A stretch of 64,000 nt of DNA from Thermoplasmatota archaeon (GCA_038046785.1 JBBSVM010000006.1:101875-165874); one strand, 5' to 3'; positions 27,235-37,230 are shown, counted from the stretch's first letter. Numbers and translations: made by a program. The notes: generated by a model from the letters alone, not told the origin.

Positions 27235-28848
27235 TCACTCGGGGTGGGCAGCGCAGTCTCCTCCAGCTTCCTTCAACTGCTCCACCGTCTCGTAGTAGTC
27301 AACCTGGACCGTCGCATCGATGCTCGTTGCGATGGCACGCCCCTTCACGGAAAGCGTGTAGTTCCCGTGCGGCAACTCGATGCCCGCCTCGGGGAACTCC
27401 TTCGACCACGACACGAAAGCTTGCGCGCCCAGCGTCTCCGTCGCGAGCGCCGCGCCATCGGCGTCACGCAGCGTTACCACCAGGCTATTGCCCGCCTGCA
27501 ACGCCATCATGTCCGCCTGGGCGGCCAAGCTGAACCGCAGCGTCCGAACCGCACAGCCATCCACAGGGAACGTGAAGACGGCCTCCGGCTCCATCACAGT
27601 CGGAGTGCTGGAGAGTTCCGCGTGGAACTCCTGCAGCAAGTCCGCCGGCAACTCCACAGGCGCCACATAGCCACAACCCGCAGGCAGTTCCGCTTTGTAG
27701 GCGCCATACTCGGACTCAAAGCCCGTGTAGACGAGCGGCGCCTCCATGCCGCCCGGGCTTGCGCCACAGTTCGTCTCATGGTTGTTGACGTGCGTGTGCA
27801 GAATCCAGGAACCAGGGTTGTTGGCCTGGAACACCACATCGTAGCGCTCGGCGGGACCGATGGTCAAGACGTCCACGTAGAACGGGGCCACAAGGGGTGA
27901 GCCGTCCCGGTGCGTGACAAACATGTCATGTCCGTGTGGGTGGATGGTCTCCACTGTGGTTCCCGCGTTCAGGATGCGCAGCCGAATCGTCTCCCCTTCC
28001 GCCATCTTCAACGCCGTCAATGGATCTTCATCCGTGAGCGGCGCACTCTTGCCGTTGATCATGAAAACGTCCGGCGTCACATCGACAGCTGGATTCTGGC
28101 ACCCTTGTTCTCCTGTGACGCCGCAGCCGCCGCCCGCCCGGTGCTGGGCGTGGGGGTCTACTTCTGTGCCAGCTGTGGCGGGAATTGCCTCGATGAGGCT
28201 GCGCTTTGCGGTTCCTAAGACGTGCAGGTAGTCGCGATCCACGCCCTCCGGTTCAGCGGACTTGTCCTGTGGCTCGACGATGAAGCCCCCGTAGAGGCCT
28301 TGCATGACGTGGAATTGGGTGTCGACATGGCAGTGATACCACAGCGTTCCGGCCTTCTTGGCGATGAACTCGTAACGGTAGGTGTCGCCGGGCTTCACCG
28401 AGTCCTGGTTGACTCCAGGTGTACCATCGGACTTGTAGGGGACGAGTTGTCCGTGCCAGTGAATGGTGTGGGGGTGGACGTGCCTGTTCTCGAAATCGAC
28501 GATGACGCGGTCGCCCTGGTTCACACGGAGGGTCGGGCCCGGCACGCTGCACTTTCCTTTCGATTCCTCCGGGACGTTGCCGGACTGCTCGCGGTACTCG
28601 ATGGCAGCCAGAGAATATGCGTCGGTGGCATCAGCAGGCTCTGCGCAGAAGGCCCATAAATTCGCCTTCAGGCCGGGATAAATGTCGGCCTCCTCCAAGT
28701 CCACCACCCACATGCGCAGGTGCACGGTCTTGCCGGTCTCCGTGAAACGGGTTCCAGGTTCAAGGGGCTCAAGATTGCTTGAGTTGGACCCGGCGCAGCC
28801 CGCAAGCGTAGCGGCGACCAGAACGAGAGAAACATAGAGCGCTTTCAT
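27235..28848 (-). CDS. multicopper oxidase lipoprotein, paralog 2, about 537 aa
   Basis: ORF 27235..28869, Met8 start. Lipobox LAGCAG. It has the same HPHTIHWHG, WYHCHVDTQFHVMQGLYG, HPHGHDMFVTH and HTHVNNHE motifs as 13620..15356. Confidence 0.9.
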   Translation of the reverse strand: MKALYVSLVLVAATLAGCAGSNSSNLEPLEPGTRFTETGKTVHLRMWVVDLEEADIYPGLKANLWAFCAEPADATDAYSLAAIEYREQSGNVPEESKGKCSVPGPTLRVNQGDRVIVDFENRHVHPHTIHWHGQLVPYKSDGTPGVNQDSVKPGDTYRYEFIAKKAGTLWYHCHVDTQFHVMQGLYGGFIVEPQDKSAEPEGVDRDYLHVLGTAKRSLIEAIPATAGTEVDPHAQHRAGGGCGVTGEQGCQNPAVDVTPDVFMINGKSAPLTDEDPLTALKMAEGETIRLRILNAGTTVETIHPHGHDMFVTHRDGSPLVAPFYVDVLTIGPAERYDVVFQANNPGSWILHTHVNNHETNCGASPGGMEAPLVYTGFESEYGAYKAELPAGCGYVAPVELPADLLQEFHAELSSTPTVMEPEAVFTFPVDGCAVRTLRFSLAAQADMMALQAGNSLVVTLRDADGAALATETLGAQAFVSWSKEFPEAGIELPHGNYTLSVKGRAIATSIDATVQVDYYETVEQLKEAGGDCAAHPE

Positions 28849-29037
28849 GGGAGGCCTCCAAGAGGACATGTGCGGACTTCCGCCAGGTGGATTAAGGGTT
28901 ATTTGACGACCTTGGAGAAACGACAGAGAAAAAGGGGCACTCCCGAACCAAATCGAGTGCCAGACCGCTGCCCGTTTGTTTGACAGACTCCGCCAGTTGT
29001 CTCAACCATTATCATCGGGGTTGCTCTGCGATGTGCC

Positions 29038-29688
29038 ATGCGCCGACTCCTGTCCGTCCTGGCTCTGATGTTCCTCCTGCCCGCAGCACTTGCGCAAGCC
29101 CCCGCGACCCCCCTGGACGCGGCCGCCAACCTCGCAGCCTCAACGGACGCCTCCCCCGGCCTTGTCATCGAGCGCGGCTCCGAACAGACCGTCAACGTCA
29201 ACGTGGAACTCAGCTACCGCAACCTCATCTGCAACCAAGCCGCCACGGTCGATGTCGCCCTCTCCCTGGAAGACGCAGGCCTCCCGGGCGTCACGGGCAT
29301 CGCCCCCGCCTCCATCGCCGTCACCATCCCCGCCTCGGCCCCCGCCTCTCTCAACACCGGCACCGGGACCGCCACCGGAACCTTCCGCATGACCGTCGCC
29401 AAGTCCTCCCTGCCCGACCACGACCACTCGTTCACCCTCACGGCGACCACTCCGACGGCCATCCCCGCCGGCTGCCAGAGCATCTCCCCCAATGCGCCCG
29501 CCGCCGTCAGCAAGGACGTCACGATTGAGATCAAGACCGGCCCCAAGGATGCAACGCCTGGCTCCGCTGCGGGCGGACCCGCTGGAACCGGCTCCGCCGC
29601 ATCCACCAGCGCCTCCAAGGGAGCCTCCGGGTTCCCCGTCGTCGTCCTGGTCGGCGCCTTGGTCTTGGCATCCTTGCGGCGCAGGTGA
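29038..29688 (+). CDS. secreted protein with C-terminal TM anchor plus RRR, 216 aa
   Basis: ORF track. Signal peptide MRRLLSVLALMFLLPAALAQA. C-terminus GFPVVVLVGALVLASLRRR. Confidence 0.6.
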   Translation: MRRLLSVLALMFLLPAALAQAPATPLDAAANLAASTDASPGLVIERGSEQTVNVNVELSYRNLICNQAATVDVALSLEDAGLPGVTGIAPASIAVTIPASAPASLNTGTGTATGTFRMTVAKSSLPDHDHSFTLTATTPTAIPAGCQSISPNAPAAVSKDVTIEIKTGPKDATPGSAAGGPAGTGSAASTSASKGASGFPVVVLVGALVLASLRRR

Positions 29689-29691
29689 GTC

Positions 29692-30021
29692 ATGCAGGGG
29701 ACGTGGGCGAGCACTCTTCGCCTGCGTCTCCTGCCCATCTGGGCCACCCTCCTCATTCTCGCCGGCATGGCGTTGCTCGTCGCTGGATTCCGCGCCGAGG
29801 ACCCCTGCTGCCACGAGCAAACGCCGGGCCTCGTCGTCGCCGGCCTTGGGGCATTCCCCCTCACCGCGTACCTTGTCCGCCTCCGACGCTTCCACCGCCT
29901 CCTTTCCACCGCGCATCGCCACAATTTCCGCACCATCCACAAGCAATTGGGGGAACTGGCAAGCCGATTGGGGCCGCGTGAGCGGAGTCTATTCGAGGAA
30001 ACGGCGCGGCGATTTGCGTAA
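29692..30021 (+). CDS. small membrane protein, 109 aa
   Basis: ORF track. Two TM helices. Contains CC (DPCCHEQ). Confidence 0.45.
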   Translation: MQGTWASTLRLRLLPIWATLLILAGMALLVAGFRAEDPCCHEQTPGLVVAGLGAFPLTAYLVRLRRFHRLLSTAHRHNFRTIHKQLGELASRLGPRERSLFEETARRFA

Positions 30022-30256
30022 GACGCCCAGCGCAAGGACTGACTGCCCTATCCTTGCTGCCGACCCAGAAAGCCAATCGAATGCGAGAGGCACCGGCACG
30101 CTGCGCCCGAAGCGAGAATGATCCCGCAGTCGCCTCCGGTGCCCCTTCTTCGCATCCGTGCTTTCCGGCGTTCTCGAAGAACCGACAGCACTGCCGCCAG
30201 CGCACCCCCGCCCATTCGATGCGGTTGAAACGTTGGCACCGGAGACTCGTCAGAAT

Positions 30257-31468
30257 TCACTCATTGCCGGGCCGTCTGAACATGGGCTTCCGAACATTGG
30301 ACGGACTGCTGGTCCCTGACCTATCCAGAGGAATCGACAACGTCTCGCCAACGTGTTGCGGCCACCCCGTGCGGGTGCTTTCGCTCGTCTCAACCAGCTC
30401 CTCGTCTCGTTTCCGCAGCTTTCGCAGCCGGCTCCATGCGGCGGCGGGTCCTACCCGGCGCCACGAGAGCGGCAGGCCAAGGGCGAAATAGGCGCCCAAC
30501 AGGGCGGCAGCAACGAAAAACAGCAAAGCGGCCGAAACGTACGCGCCCTGGACTTTGACCGTGAATGTTACCACCGTCGTGTCCTGATTCAGGGTTCCAG
30601 TGGCCGTTCCATCGTACGTCGTCGTGATGGTCGCCTTGAAAGTCGAGATGGAATTCGTGTATCCCCAAGCGATCGGCGTCGTCGCTTCAAGCGAAGCCGT
30701 CGCGTCGCTTTGCGGGTCGAGGCGAAGGTCAGGGCCACTGCTGAGTGCCGCAAACGTCCCTTGCGTGGATTCCAGCCGTACCGAGACACGCGCGGGACCG
30801 TTTCCGAGGTTGCTCACGGTGATGGGGAAGACCACTTTCTGGTCGGGGCCAACCGTTGCGAACGAGCTGGATGCGACAACGGCGGTGCGGGGAGAGAAAT
30901 CGTTCTTGAGGCGATACGTCGCAGTCACTGGACGCGAGTCACCCAGGCTGCATTGTGTGCCTGCGGAACTGGACTGGCTGCGGGCCTGCATTGTCACGTC
31001 GTACAAGCCGTCCGCGAACGCGGGTGCATCCCGTCCGACACTAATCTCCAAGTCGGTCGCAACGGGGAACGTTTTCCGGGACGTTTGTGAACCGCTGCTG
31101 GACGCGCCATCCACCAGGATGGTTTTGGTTGGGGGGACCATCGTGGCGGTCGCATAGCTCGGACCTCGAACCGTGAACTCCACGAGAACCGGAATGGGGC
31201 ACGAGGACGATTGCCCGAACACGTTGGCGTCGAGGTTGGCTTCAACGCGGACCTTGGCAACGCCCGTCTGTGGAAGGATTCGATTGCCGGACAGGGAGGC
31301 GTCGGCGACGAACCGGTCCAAGCTCAAGCTGAGGCGCTCTGTAGTCTGCGAGGATTGGGCCGAGGCGGAGGGAACGAGTGCAGTCCCAGCAAGAAGGACC
31401 AGCAAGACCGAAGTCAGAACGAGGCCGCGGCGGGAAACCGGCGAGGATTGTAGGCGCGTGGTGGCCAT
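30257..31468 (-). CDS. secreted protein with TM near the C-terminus and cytoplasmic tail, about 403 aa
   Basis: Internal Met36 of ORF 30257..31573. Signal peptide MATTRLQSSPVSRRGLVLTSVLLVLLAGTALVPSASA. Ser/Thr-rich ectodomain. TM AALLFFVAAALLGAYFALGL. Confidence 0.55.
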   Translation of the reverse strand: MATTRLQSSPVSRRGLVLTSVLLVLLAGTALVPSASAQSSQTTERLSLSLDRFVADASLSGNRILPQTGVAKVRVEANLDANVFGQSSSCPIPVLVEFTVRGPSYATATMVPPTKTILVDGASSSGSQTSRKTFPVATDLEISVGRDAPAFADGLYDVTMQARSQSSSAGTQCSLGDSRPVTATYRLKNDFSPRTAVVASSSFATVGPDQKVVFPITVSNLGNGPARVSVRLESTQGTFAALSSGPDLRLDPQSDATASLEATTPIAWGYTNSISTFKATITTTYDGTATGTLNQDTTVVTFTVKVQGAYVSAALLFFVAAALLGAYFALGLPLSWRRVGPAAAWSRLRKLRKRDEELVETSESTRTGWPQHVGETLSIPLDRSGTSSPSNVRKPMFRRPGNE

Positions 31469-31591
31469 GCGGAAGGACTGCGCGCGGCCTATGAATGGCC
31501 GATGTTGCGTGAGACGCCAGATGGATGTTGTCAAAACGAATATTGTCAAAGACGTGATGCACACAGACCCCACGCACTCTGCAAAACGACG

Positions 31592-32062
31592 CTACGTTTC
31601 ACGCCTCGAAGCAACCTTTTTGGCGACGGATTCGCGCCGGTACCATGGATCGTATTCACGGAGTCGGCGCTGCTGGACCCGCTCCTGCAACCGCTTCCAG
31701 AGCGCGCCTCCCATGATGGGCTGAATGGACCATCCTGGGTGCAGCGAGTCGAGCAGGCGCCGCGTCGAAGCGGGGTCGGTGAGGCAGAGGCGGACGCCTT
31801 CGTCGGTCTTGCGGTTGAGAAGTGCCTCGCACCGTTCGAGCGCTTTCGTGTGGTAGCTGGCACCGCCCCAGGACATGCCGGTTGATTCCATCAGTCCGCG
31901 CCGCGAAAGGGGGCCTCGTTCCAGCAGGGCCAGGACGATCAGCATCGTGCCCGGCTTGCCCAGCAACAAACGGAACCGGTCCTCGAAAATGACAGCGGCC
32001 CCGACCCGGTGTTTCACAGTAGGAATCAGGGTGGCCACCGGGCGGTCAATGTTCATGGGCAT
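31592..32062 (-). CDS. wHTH transcriptional regulator, about 156 aa (paralog of 15432..15842)
   Basis: ORF 31592..32185. LIVLALLERGPLSRRGLMESTGMSWGGASYHTKALERCEALL is an HTH. Start choice is uncertain. Confidence 0.55.
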   Translation of the reverse strand: MPMNIDRPVATLIPTVKHRVGAAVIFEDRFRLLLGKPGTMLIVLALLERGPLSRRGLMESTGMSWGGASYHTKALERCEALLNRKTDEGVRLCLTDPASTRRLLDSLHPGWSIQPIMGGALWKRLQERVQQRRLREYDPWYRRESVAKKVASRRET

Positions 32063-32702
32063 GGCCGTCGGAGGTCGGCGGCATGCTCTCCGTTTCCGGC
32101 ATGGACCCGTGTGCATGGCCCACGTCGGGCTCTCCGAGCCAGGGGACCGTCGCCTCGGCCGCCATGGCAGACGCATAGCCGCCAACTCCGAGAAGTACGC
32201 CCGTAAGGACGAGCACGATGGCTGCCCGTCTCACCGTGGGAGATGGAGCGCTGGAGCGCCCCAAGCGAGCGGCAACCAGGATGACTGCCGCCAGCACCTC
32301 AAGGGACATGGTGGCGACGCCGAGCGTGTCCATCGCCTCGGGGCCACCGCTCCAGGGCGAGCGGAAGATGCGCGTGATGAACCAGAGAACGGCTGGTGCG
32401 ATGGCCAGGGCGGCCAATCCAAGAGCAGCGGCGCGGGCGCTGGGGCGAAGCAGGAAGCGGGCGCCCCAGATGACCTGAAGGGCGCCGATGGCGAGGAAGA
32501 AGAGACCCGCGCCTCGTGCTTCCGCCAAATGGTCCTGTAGGACTGTGAGGTGGAGGATGCCCGCCACCACGACGAGGCCAGCAACGGCGGTGCTCCAAGC
32601 TGGAATTTCTCGCACAACGTGCCCATGGACGTCCTGCGGTGCGGTCGTCTCCAGCCATGAGCGCAAGCGAGTTGGCTTTACAACAGAGGAGTTCGAGTCC
32701 AT
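32046..32702 (-). CDS. 4-TM membrane protein with His-rich tail (paralog of 20723..21535), 218 aa
   Basis: ORF track. GILHLTVLQDHLAEARGAGLFF, RIFRSPWSGGPEAMD. Tail HAHGSMPETESMPPTSDGHAHEH. Confidence 0.65.
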   Translation of the reverse strand: MDSNSSVVKPTRLRSWLETTAPQDVHGHVVREIPAWSTAVAGLVVVAGILHLTVLQDHLAEARGAGLFFLAIGALQVIWGARFLLRPSARAAALGLAALAIAPAVLWFITRIFRSPWSGGPEAMDTLGVATMSLEVLAAVILVAARLGRSSAPSPTVRRAAIVLVLTGVLLGVGGYASAMAAEATVPWLGEPDVGHAHGSMPETESMPPTSDGHAHEH

Positions 32703-32711
32703 GCGGTCACC

Positions 32712-33638
32712 TCAAGCGATGCGCCGGCGCAGCAGGAGAGCGACACCGACCGCGCCCACGACCAACAGAAGACCTGGGGCCGGAGCGCCCTTGCTGGATT
32801 CTGTGGCACCCGCCCCATCGACCTGCGAGATTTGGTCGGGCGCCGCGTTCACGAACGTCCAGGTAAGGACGCGCTCCAACTCGTTGCCGCAGTCGGGCCC
32901 GTCCAGGCAGTGGCTGTAGTTCCGGAACGAGACCGTCACTTTGTCCCAAGCGCCCGTGGGGGGCGTGAAGACGACGTTGCGCTCCTCGACGATGAGACCA
33001 ATCTGCCCCGGCGGAACATCGAAGATTTTCGCCTTTAGGCCGTTCACCAAGGCGTCCGGGTTGCTCACCGTTTTGTCTTCGAACATCACCATGGTGCGCG
33101 CGTTGGCCAGCACCTCGATGCGAAGCGGGACGGTAAGCGGCTTGGAGCTCTGCACTTGGAAGGTCTGGTCGCCTTCGGGCGTCAGGCGGTGTCCGGGAAG
33201 GTAGGCGACGTGGAATGCAGGCAACACCGCGGAAGCCTCCACGGTGTCCCCCAGAAGGGAGGTGTAGGTGGCCTTCGCAGTGAGTTCGGCAGGGAGGAGG
33301 CCGGGCGCGCCAGCAATCGGCTCAAGCCCACCCGTCAACGCAAGCTCAGCAACGCCGGTCGGGTCCGCCAAGCAATCCTCTGGAGCAAGCTCCCCTCCAG
33401 CCGCAGTGGCGGAGAGCCACTCCGGGACCCCTTCCAATGCGAGTGCGACGTCGCCCCCACCGGACGTCAGCACCGTCTGGCAGTCGAGGGTGAACAAGAA
33501 ATCGATCGGCGTGACACCCGACGCAGGAATCTCCTCAAGCGCAAACGAGGTGGTCAACAGGGCCTCCGATGTCGGCGCCTGCGCAAACGCGGCAGGAAGC
33601 AGGAGGAGGGCGGCAAGCAGCGGCAACGTGCGGCGCAT
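32712..33638 (-). CDS. secreted protein with C-terminal TM anchor plus RRR, about 308 aa
   Basis: Internal Met30 of ORF 32712..33725. Signal peptide MRRTLPLLAALLLLPAAFAQA. C-terminus GLLLVVGAVGVALLLRRRIA. Confidence 0.6.
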   Translation of the reverse strand: MRRTLPLLAALLLLPAAFAQAPTSEALLTTSFALEEIPASGVTPIDFLFTLDCQTVLTSGGGDVALALEGVPEWLSATAAGGELAPEDCLADPTGVAELALTGGLEPIAGAPGLLPAELTAKATYTSLLGDTVEASAVLPAFHVAYLPGHRLTPEGDQTFQVQSSKPLTVPLRIEVLANARTMVMFEDKTVSNPDALVNGLKAKIFDVPPGQIGLIVEERNVVFTPPTGAWDKVTVSFRNYSHCLDGPDCGNELERVLTWTFVNAAPDQISQVDGAGATESSKGAPAPGLLLVVGAVGVALLLRRRIA

Positions 33639-33774
33639 GAACCCAACCAGTCTTGCCGGAAAGAACACCCTTGCGTTTGTCACGGCCAACGCCAATCTTG
33701 TCCAAGCTGCGCGACTCCCGTCCAAAACCTACCCGCAAACCAAGCGGTAAGCAGGTATCCCCGCTGCCCGGGTC

Positions 33775-34158
33775 ATGCGCCGGCTTCTTGCTCTGTTGCT
33801 CATCACCGCCACCCTTGCTGGTTGCGCCTCCTCTAGCGGCCCTGCGGACGGCTACCTGACGCCCAAGCAGGATGCCCAAGGCCGCTACGTCATCGACTTG
33901 ACCGCCGACAACAAGGTCGCCCCCGTGAAAGCCCAGGTTCCAGTTGGCGCCACCGTGGTCTGGACAGTCGGCTCCGGCGGCATCCACGATGTCACCAGCG
34001 ACCCCGACTCCGCTGAAGCGTTCAGCAGCGACGCCCAATACCCAGGCAAGATGAAGGGAGGCAACCAGTACGAACACACCTTCACGAAACCGGGCACCTC
34101 CACCTACCGGTGCGTCCTGCACGGCGAGATGATGAAGGCGAGCTTGCGCGTCGTGTAA
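33775..34158 (+). CDS. cupredoxin lipoprotein (plastocyanin/pseudoazurin-like), 127 aa
   Basis: ORF track. Lipobox LAGCASS. Type-1 Cu ligands GIHDV and YRCVLHGEMMKA. Confidence 0.8.
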   Translation: MRRLLALLLITATLAGCASSSGPADGYLTPKQDAQGRYVIDLTADNKVAPVKAQVPVGATVVWTVGSGGIHDVTSDPDSAEAFSSDAQYPGKMKGGNQYEHTFTKPGTSTYRCVLHGEMMKASLRVV

Positions 34159-35016
34159 CTACGCCGTGGTTTCCGGCTTCGGTCCGGTTGCGTCGGACTT
34201 GAGCCAGTAGCGCGTCTGCCGCATGTCGCGCAGGTTTCCGCGCTCCTCCAACAATTCCAATCGGCGCAGCATGTTGATGCTGTTGTAGACGGTGCGCCGC
34301 GCCAACCCCGTCTCCAAACCCAGCTCCTTCCCAGTCAAAGGTCCGGCAAGTAGCGCCTCGTAGAGCGCCTGGGCACTCACCGGCAGGCCGCGCACCGCCG
34401 GGGGCAAGTCCGGCTTGGCTACAAGTGGGGTGGAGAGCACCGGTTCCGGCAACGCAGGCGACGCCTGGAACGCCTGGATGGCTCGCGCCCACATTGAACC
34501 AAACTCCGAGAGCGCATCGGGCATCGGGTGGTAGGTGCGCAGCAGCTCCAGCACTCGATCGGCGTCGCCAAGGCGGATGCGCGTGGTGCTGAAATCGTCG
34601 CCCTGTACGACCAGGCCCGCCGCTTTCATCGTCTTGAGTTGGTACATGGCGGTGCTGGAGGGCAGCTGCACGATGCGGGCAAGCTCTGTCGGCCGCGCCG
34701 TCGGATACTCAATCAGGTGCAACACCATTCCCAACACGACGGGCCGGCGCAGCAGCGCAAGCCAGCGGCGATCGGTCGCATCAAGCTGCATGGGCAAGTT
34801 GCGGGCCGGGTAGAAGTTCCGGTAGCCTCCCTGCTCTTGGCTGGAGATCAACTCCATTTTCTCCAAGATGTTCAAGTGGTACTCAGCCAGCATGGCGCTG
34901 GTCTCGATGCGGCGCTGAATCTCACGCAGGTGCAAGCCCGGGTAGCGCTCCACCAAGAGCAGGATGCGCCTGCGCACCTCCACGCTGGAGGCCGGCAGGT
35001 CCGATTCCGGCGTCAT
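34159..35016 (-). CDS. transcriptional regulator with tandem winged-helix domains, 285 aa
   Basis: ORF track. Three HTH-like segments (LHLREIQRRIETSAMLAEYHLNILEK; TELARIVQLPSSTAMYQLKTMKAAGLV; GKELGLETGLARRTVYNSINMLRRLELL). Confidence 0.7.
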   Translation of the reverse strand: MTPESDLPASSVEVRRRILLLVERYPGLHLREIQRRIETSAMLAEYHLNILEKMELISSQEQGGYRNFYPARNLPMQLDATDRRWLALLRRPVVLGMVLHLIEYPTARPTELARIVQLPSSTAMYQLKTMKAAGLVVQGDDFSTTRIRLGDADRVLELLRTYHPMPDALSEFGSMWARAIQAFQASPALPEPVLSTPLVAKPDLPPAVRGLPVSAQALYEALLAGPLTGKELGLETGLARRTVYNSINMLRRLELLEERGNLRDMRQTRYWLKSDATGPKPETTA

Positions 35017-35300
35017 TCACGGACTCGCAACACGAACGGCGTCGCAACGAGAAGGACTGCGACGAGGTCCATCACGGCGTCCAACGACTGCACCACTTCA
35101 TGATGGATCTCGGCGGCCTGATGAATGAGGAGGATGACGATGACACTCTTTGCTGCGAGGACGAAGAAGCCCGCCGCGACGAAGCGCAACCGCATCTGCC
35201 CGACGCGGACGCTCGCTGCCCAGAGCGCCAACCCCAACGCGAGCGCGACCGCGCCCACGATGGTCAGCGTCACGCTTGAGAGGGTGGTGAAGTTCGACAC
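35013..35300 (-). CDS. small 3-TM membrane protein, 95 aa
   Basis: ORF track. ATGA overlap with the upstream regulator. Confidence 0.45.
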   Translation of the reverse strand: MSNFTTLSSVTLTIVGAVALALGLALWAASVRVGQMRLRFVAAGFFVLAAKSVIVILLIHQAAEIHHEVVQSLDAVMDLVAVLLVATPFVLRVRE

Positions 35301-35402
35301 GCCCTTTGGAATCTGGCGGGCCGCATAAGCCGGTCGAAACTGCGTCCGACCTCCAACTTCGTCAAATGAACCCTAAATAATCCCGTAGAATGGAGAAGAC
35401 TC

Positions 35403-35981
35403 ATGCTTCGGCTCCTCGCCATGTTCCTCCTATTTTCCCTCACGCTTGTAGCTGGGCAGACCAGCCAAGAGCCAGACCCTGGCCTGCGCGGTCCCGACCA
35501 GGCGCCTGGTCAAACCTTCAACCACACGTTCATGCAAGCTGGTCGCTTCGACTACCACTGCCATCCCCACCCCTGGATGGTGGCCGCCGTCGTCGTGCAG
35601 AACTCCACCGGCCGCGCCCCGATGACACACACCATCCGCATGGTCGAACCCGAGGGCAAGGACTTCGATCAGTGGACCTTCTCGCCCAAGAGCCTTGCCA
35701 TCGAAGCCGGCGACACCGTCACTTGGCTCAACGCGGGCGGCGCCATCCACGTCGTCCAGGAGACAGTTGGAGAGCACATCGAGCACATTGGCACCGCGGA
35801 GGGCCACGATGATGTGGCCACTGGCGCTCACGATGAGGTGGGCGGTGACGACCACGGGGCAAGCCCTGCAGGACAGCACGTCCACGGCAAATCCCTTTTT
35901 GACAGCGGCACCGGTTGGGTTCTGATTCTCGTGGTCGGCGGCCTCGCGCTCGCCTTCTTCATGAAGCGCAAGAGTGCGTGA
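35403..35981 (+). CDS. cupredoxin-motif protein with His/Asp-rich region and C-terminal TM, 192 aa
   Basis: ORF track. Signal peptide. YHCHPHPWM is a type-1 Cu Cys/His/Met cluster. GDTVTWLNAGGAIHV is a cupredoxin N-strand motif. GTAEGHDDVATGAHDEVGGDDHG. TM LILVVGGLALAFF. Confidence 0.6.
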   Translation: MLRLLAMFLLFSLTLVAGQTSQEPDPGLRGPDQAPGQTFNHTFMQAGRFDYHCHPHPWMVAAVVVQNSTGRAPMTHTIRMVEPEGKDFDQWTFSPKSLAIEAGDTVTWLNAGGAIHVVQETVGEHIEHIGTAEGHDDVATGAHDEVGGDDHGASPAGQHVHGKSLFDSGTGWVLILVVGGLALAFFMKRKSA

Positions 35982-35985
35982 GGGC

Positions 35986-36744
35986 TCAGGCCACTTCCCG
36001 TTCGCCGGCGCGGACGGAGCGGATGCTGGCTGCGGCCCACAGCAGCGCAATCAGCGTGGCGACAAGGGCCGGCAGGGCGGCCAGGCGTCCATCCACGGAC
36101 GCCAGCAAGCCGGAGAGGGCCTGATGCGCGTATGCCCAGGCAAGTGACGTTGCCACGACGCCGGCGGTCACCGCGATGCAAAGCGCGCGCCACTGGAGCC
36201 CGGCAAGCAAGCCTACGAGGCCCGCCACCACGGCGCCATTGGTCAGAAACGGCACCAGCATGAAGAGAAACAGCGCGAACGGGCCGCGGCCATGGGCCAG
36301 TTGCGACGCCGCTGTCTGGCGCAGGGAATCAAAGAGACGCTGCACAAAGGATGGCTGCGCGTCTTCGACCGGCGCTCGAACCATCGCTCGCTGCACCATC
36401 GGAACAAGGAGTGCGGCAAGGGCAAGATTCTGCAACACGCTGGCCAGTGCCACCCACCACGTTGGAATCCCGGTCACGAGAGCAAGCGGCATCGTCACCT
36501 CGCGACCCGTCACCAACTCGGCCGCCATCGCCGCCGCAAGACCGGCCCCCCAGGAGGAATTTGTTTGGAGCACGAGCACCAGCAAGCCCAGACTGGCGGT
36601 CGCCAACGCCAACCCGGCCAACTGAATCCTCACCGCCACTTGCACAGGAAACGCAGACTGCGCGGGGGATTTGGCCCTTCGGAGGCTTCCCAAACCCGTC
36701 AAACGCCATTCACGCAAGCCAAGCGCCATGAGCCACCCTGCCAT
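35986..36744 (-). CDS. polytopic membrane protein, about 253 aa
   Basis: Internal Met65 of ORF 35986..36936. At least 6 hydrophobic helices. The N-terminal part of the ORF is Gly-rich and likely non-coding. Confidence 0.45.
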   Translation of the reverse strand: MAGWLMALGLREWRLTGLGSLRRAKSPAQSAFPVQVAVRIQLAGLALATASLGLLVLVLQTNSSWGAGLAAAMAAELVTGREVTMPLALVTGIPTWWVALASVLQNLALAALLVPMVQRAMVRAPVEDAQPSFVQRLFDSLRQTAASQLAHGRGPFALFLFMLVPFLTNGAVVAGLVGLLAGLQWRALCIAVTAGVVATSLAWAYAHQALSGLLASVDGRLAALPALVATLIALLWAAASIRSVRAGEREVA

Positions 36745-36753
36745 GGCTCCACT

Positions 36754-37167
36754 ATGCGATCCTACGCCTGGCTTGCCGTTGCCACCGTTGCCGCCCTGGC
36801 CCTTGCCGGGTGCGCCGGCAGCACCCCCGCCCCGACCAGCAACGTCCAGCCCGCCGCCACCTACGAGGTCAAGGTCATGAAGAGCCACGCGCTGCAGAGC
36901 AAGTCGCAGTGGAACCTGCGCACGGAGCTCGTCCAAGGCGGTAGCGTCGTTGGAAGCGGCAGTTTCACCATCTCAAAGACGGACTCGCAAGACCCGCAGA
37001 CCGCGTACTCGAAGACGCTGCCTGGGGGCCCCATCCAACTCAAGGTCTTCGAAGGCAGCAATCCGGTCGGCACCAAGACGCTCGATCCGGCCAAGTGCCC
37101 CAAACCTCTCGAGTTCGAACTGCACGTCGTCGATGACGCCGTCCACACCTACAGCAACTGCGACTGA
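36754..37167 (+). CDS. lipoprotein, 137 aa
   Basis: 3' part of ORF 36292..37167. MRSYAWLAVATVAALALAGCAG is a lipobox. Confidence 0.6.
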   Translation: MRSYAWLAVATVAALALAGCAGSTPAPTSNVQPAATYEVKVMKSHALQSKSQWNLRTELVQGGSVVGSGSFTISKTDSQDPQTAYSKTLPGGPIQLKVFEGSNPVGTKTLDPAKCPKPLEFELHVVDDAVHTYSNCD

Positions 37168-37230
37168 GCGGCGTAGCGCGCGCAAATCACGATTTGCTTG
37201 AGGCAATTGTGAAACGGCGTCTGCGGCCAG

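Noticed and set aside
36742-36756. Divergent start codons only 9 nt apart, between minus gene 35986..36744 and plus lipoprotein 36754..37167
   Set aside because: This is more likely a mis-chosen internal Met for the minus-strand membrane protein than a real zero-length promoter region.
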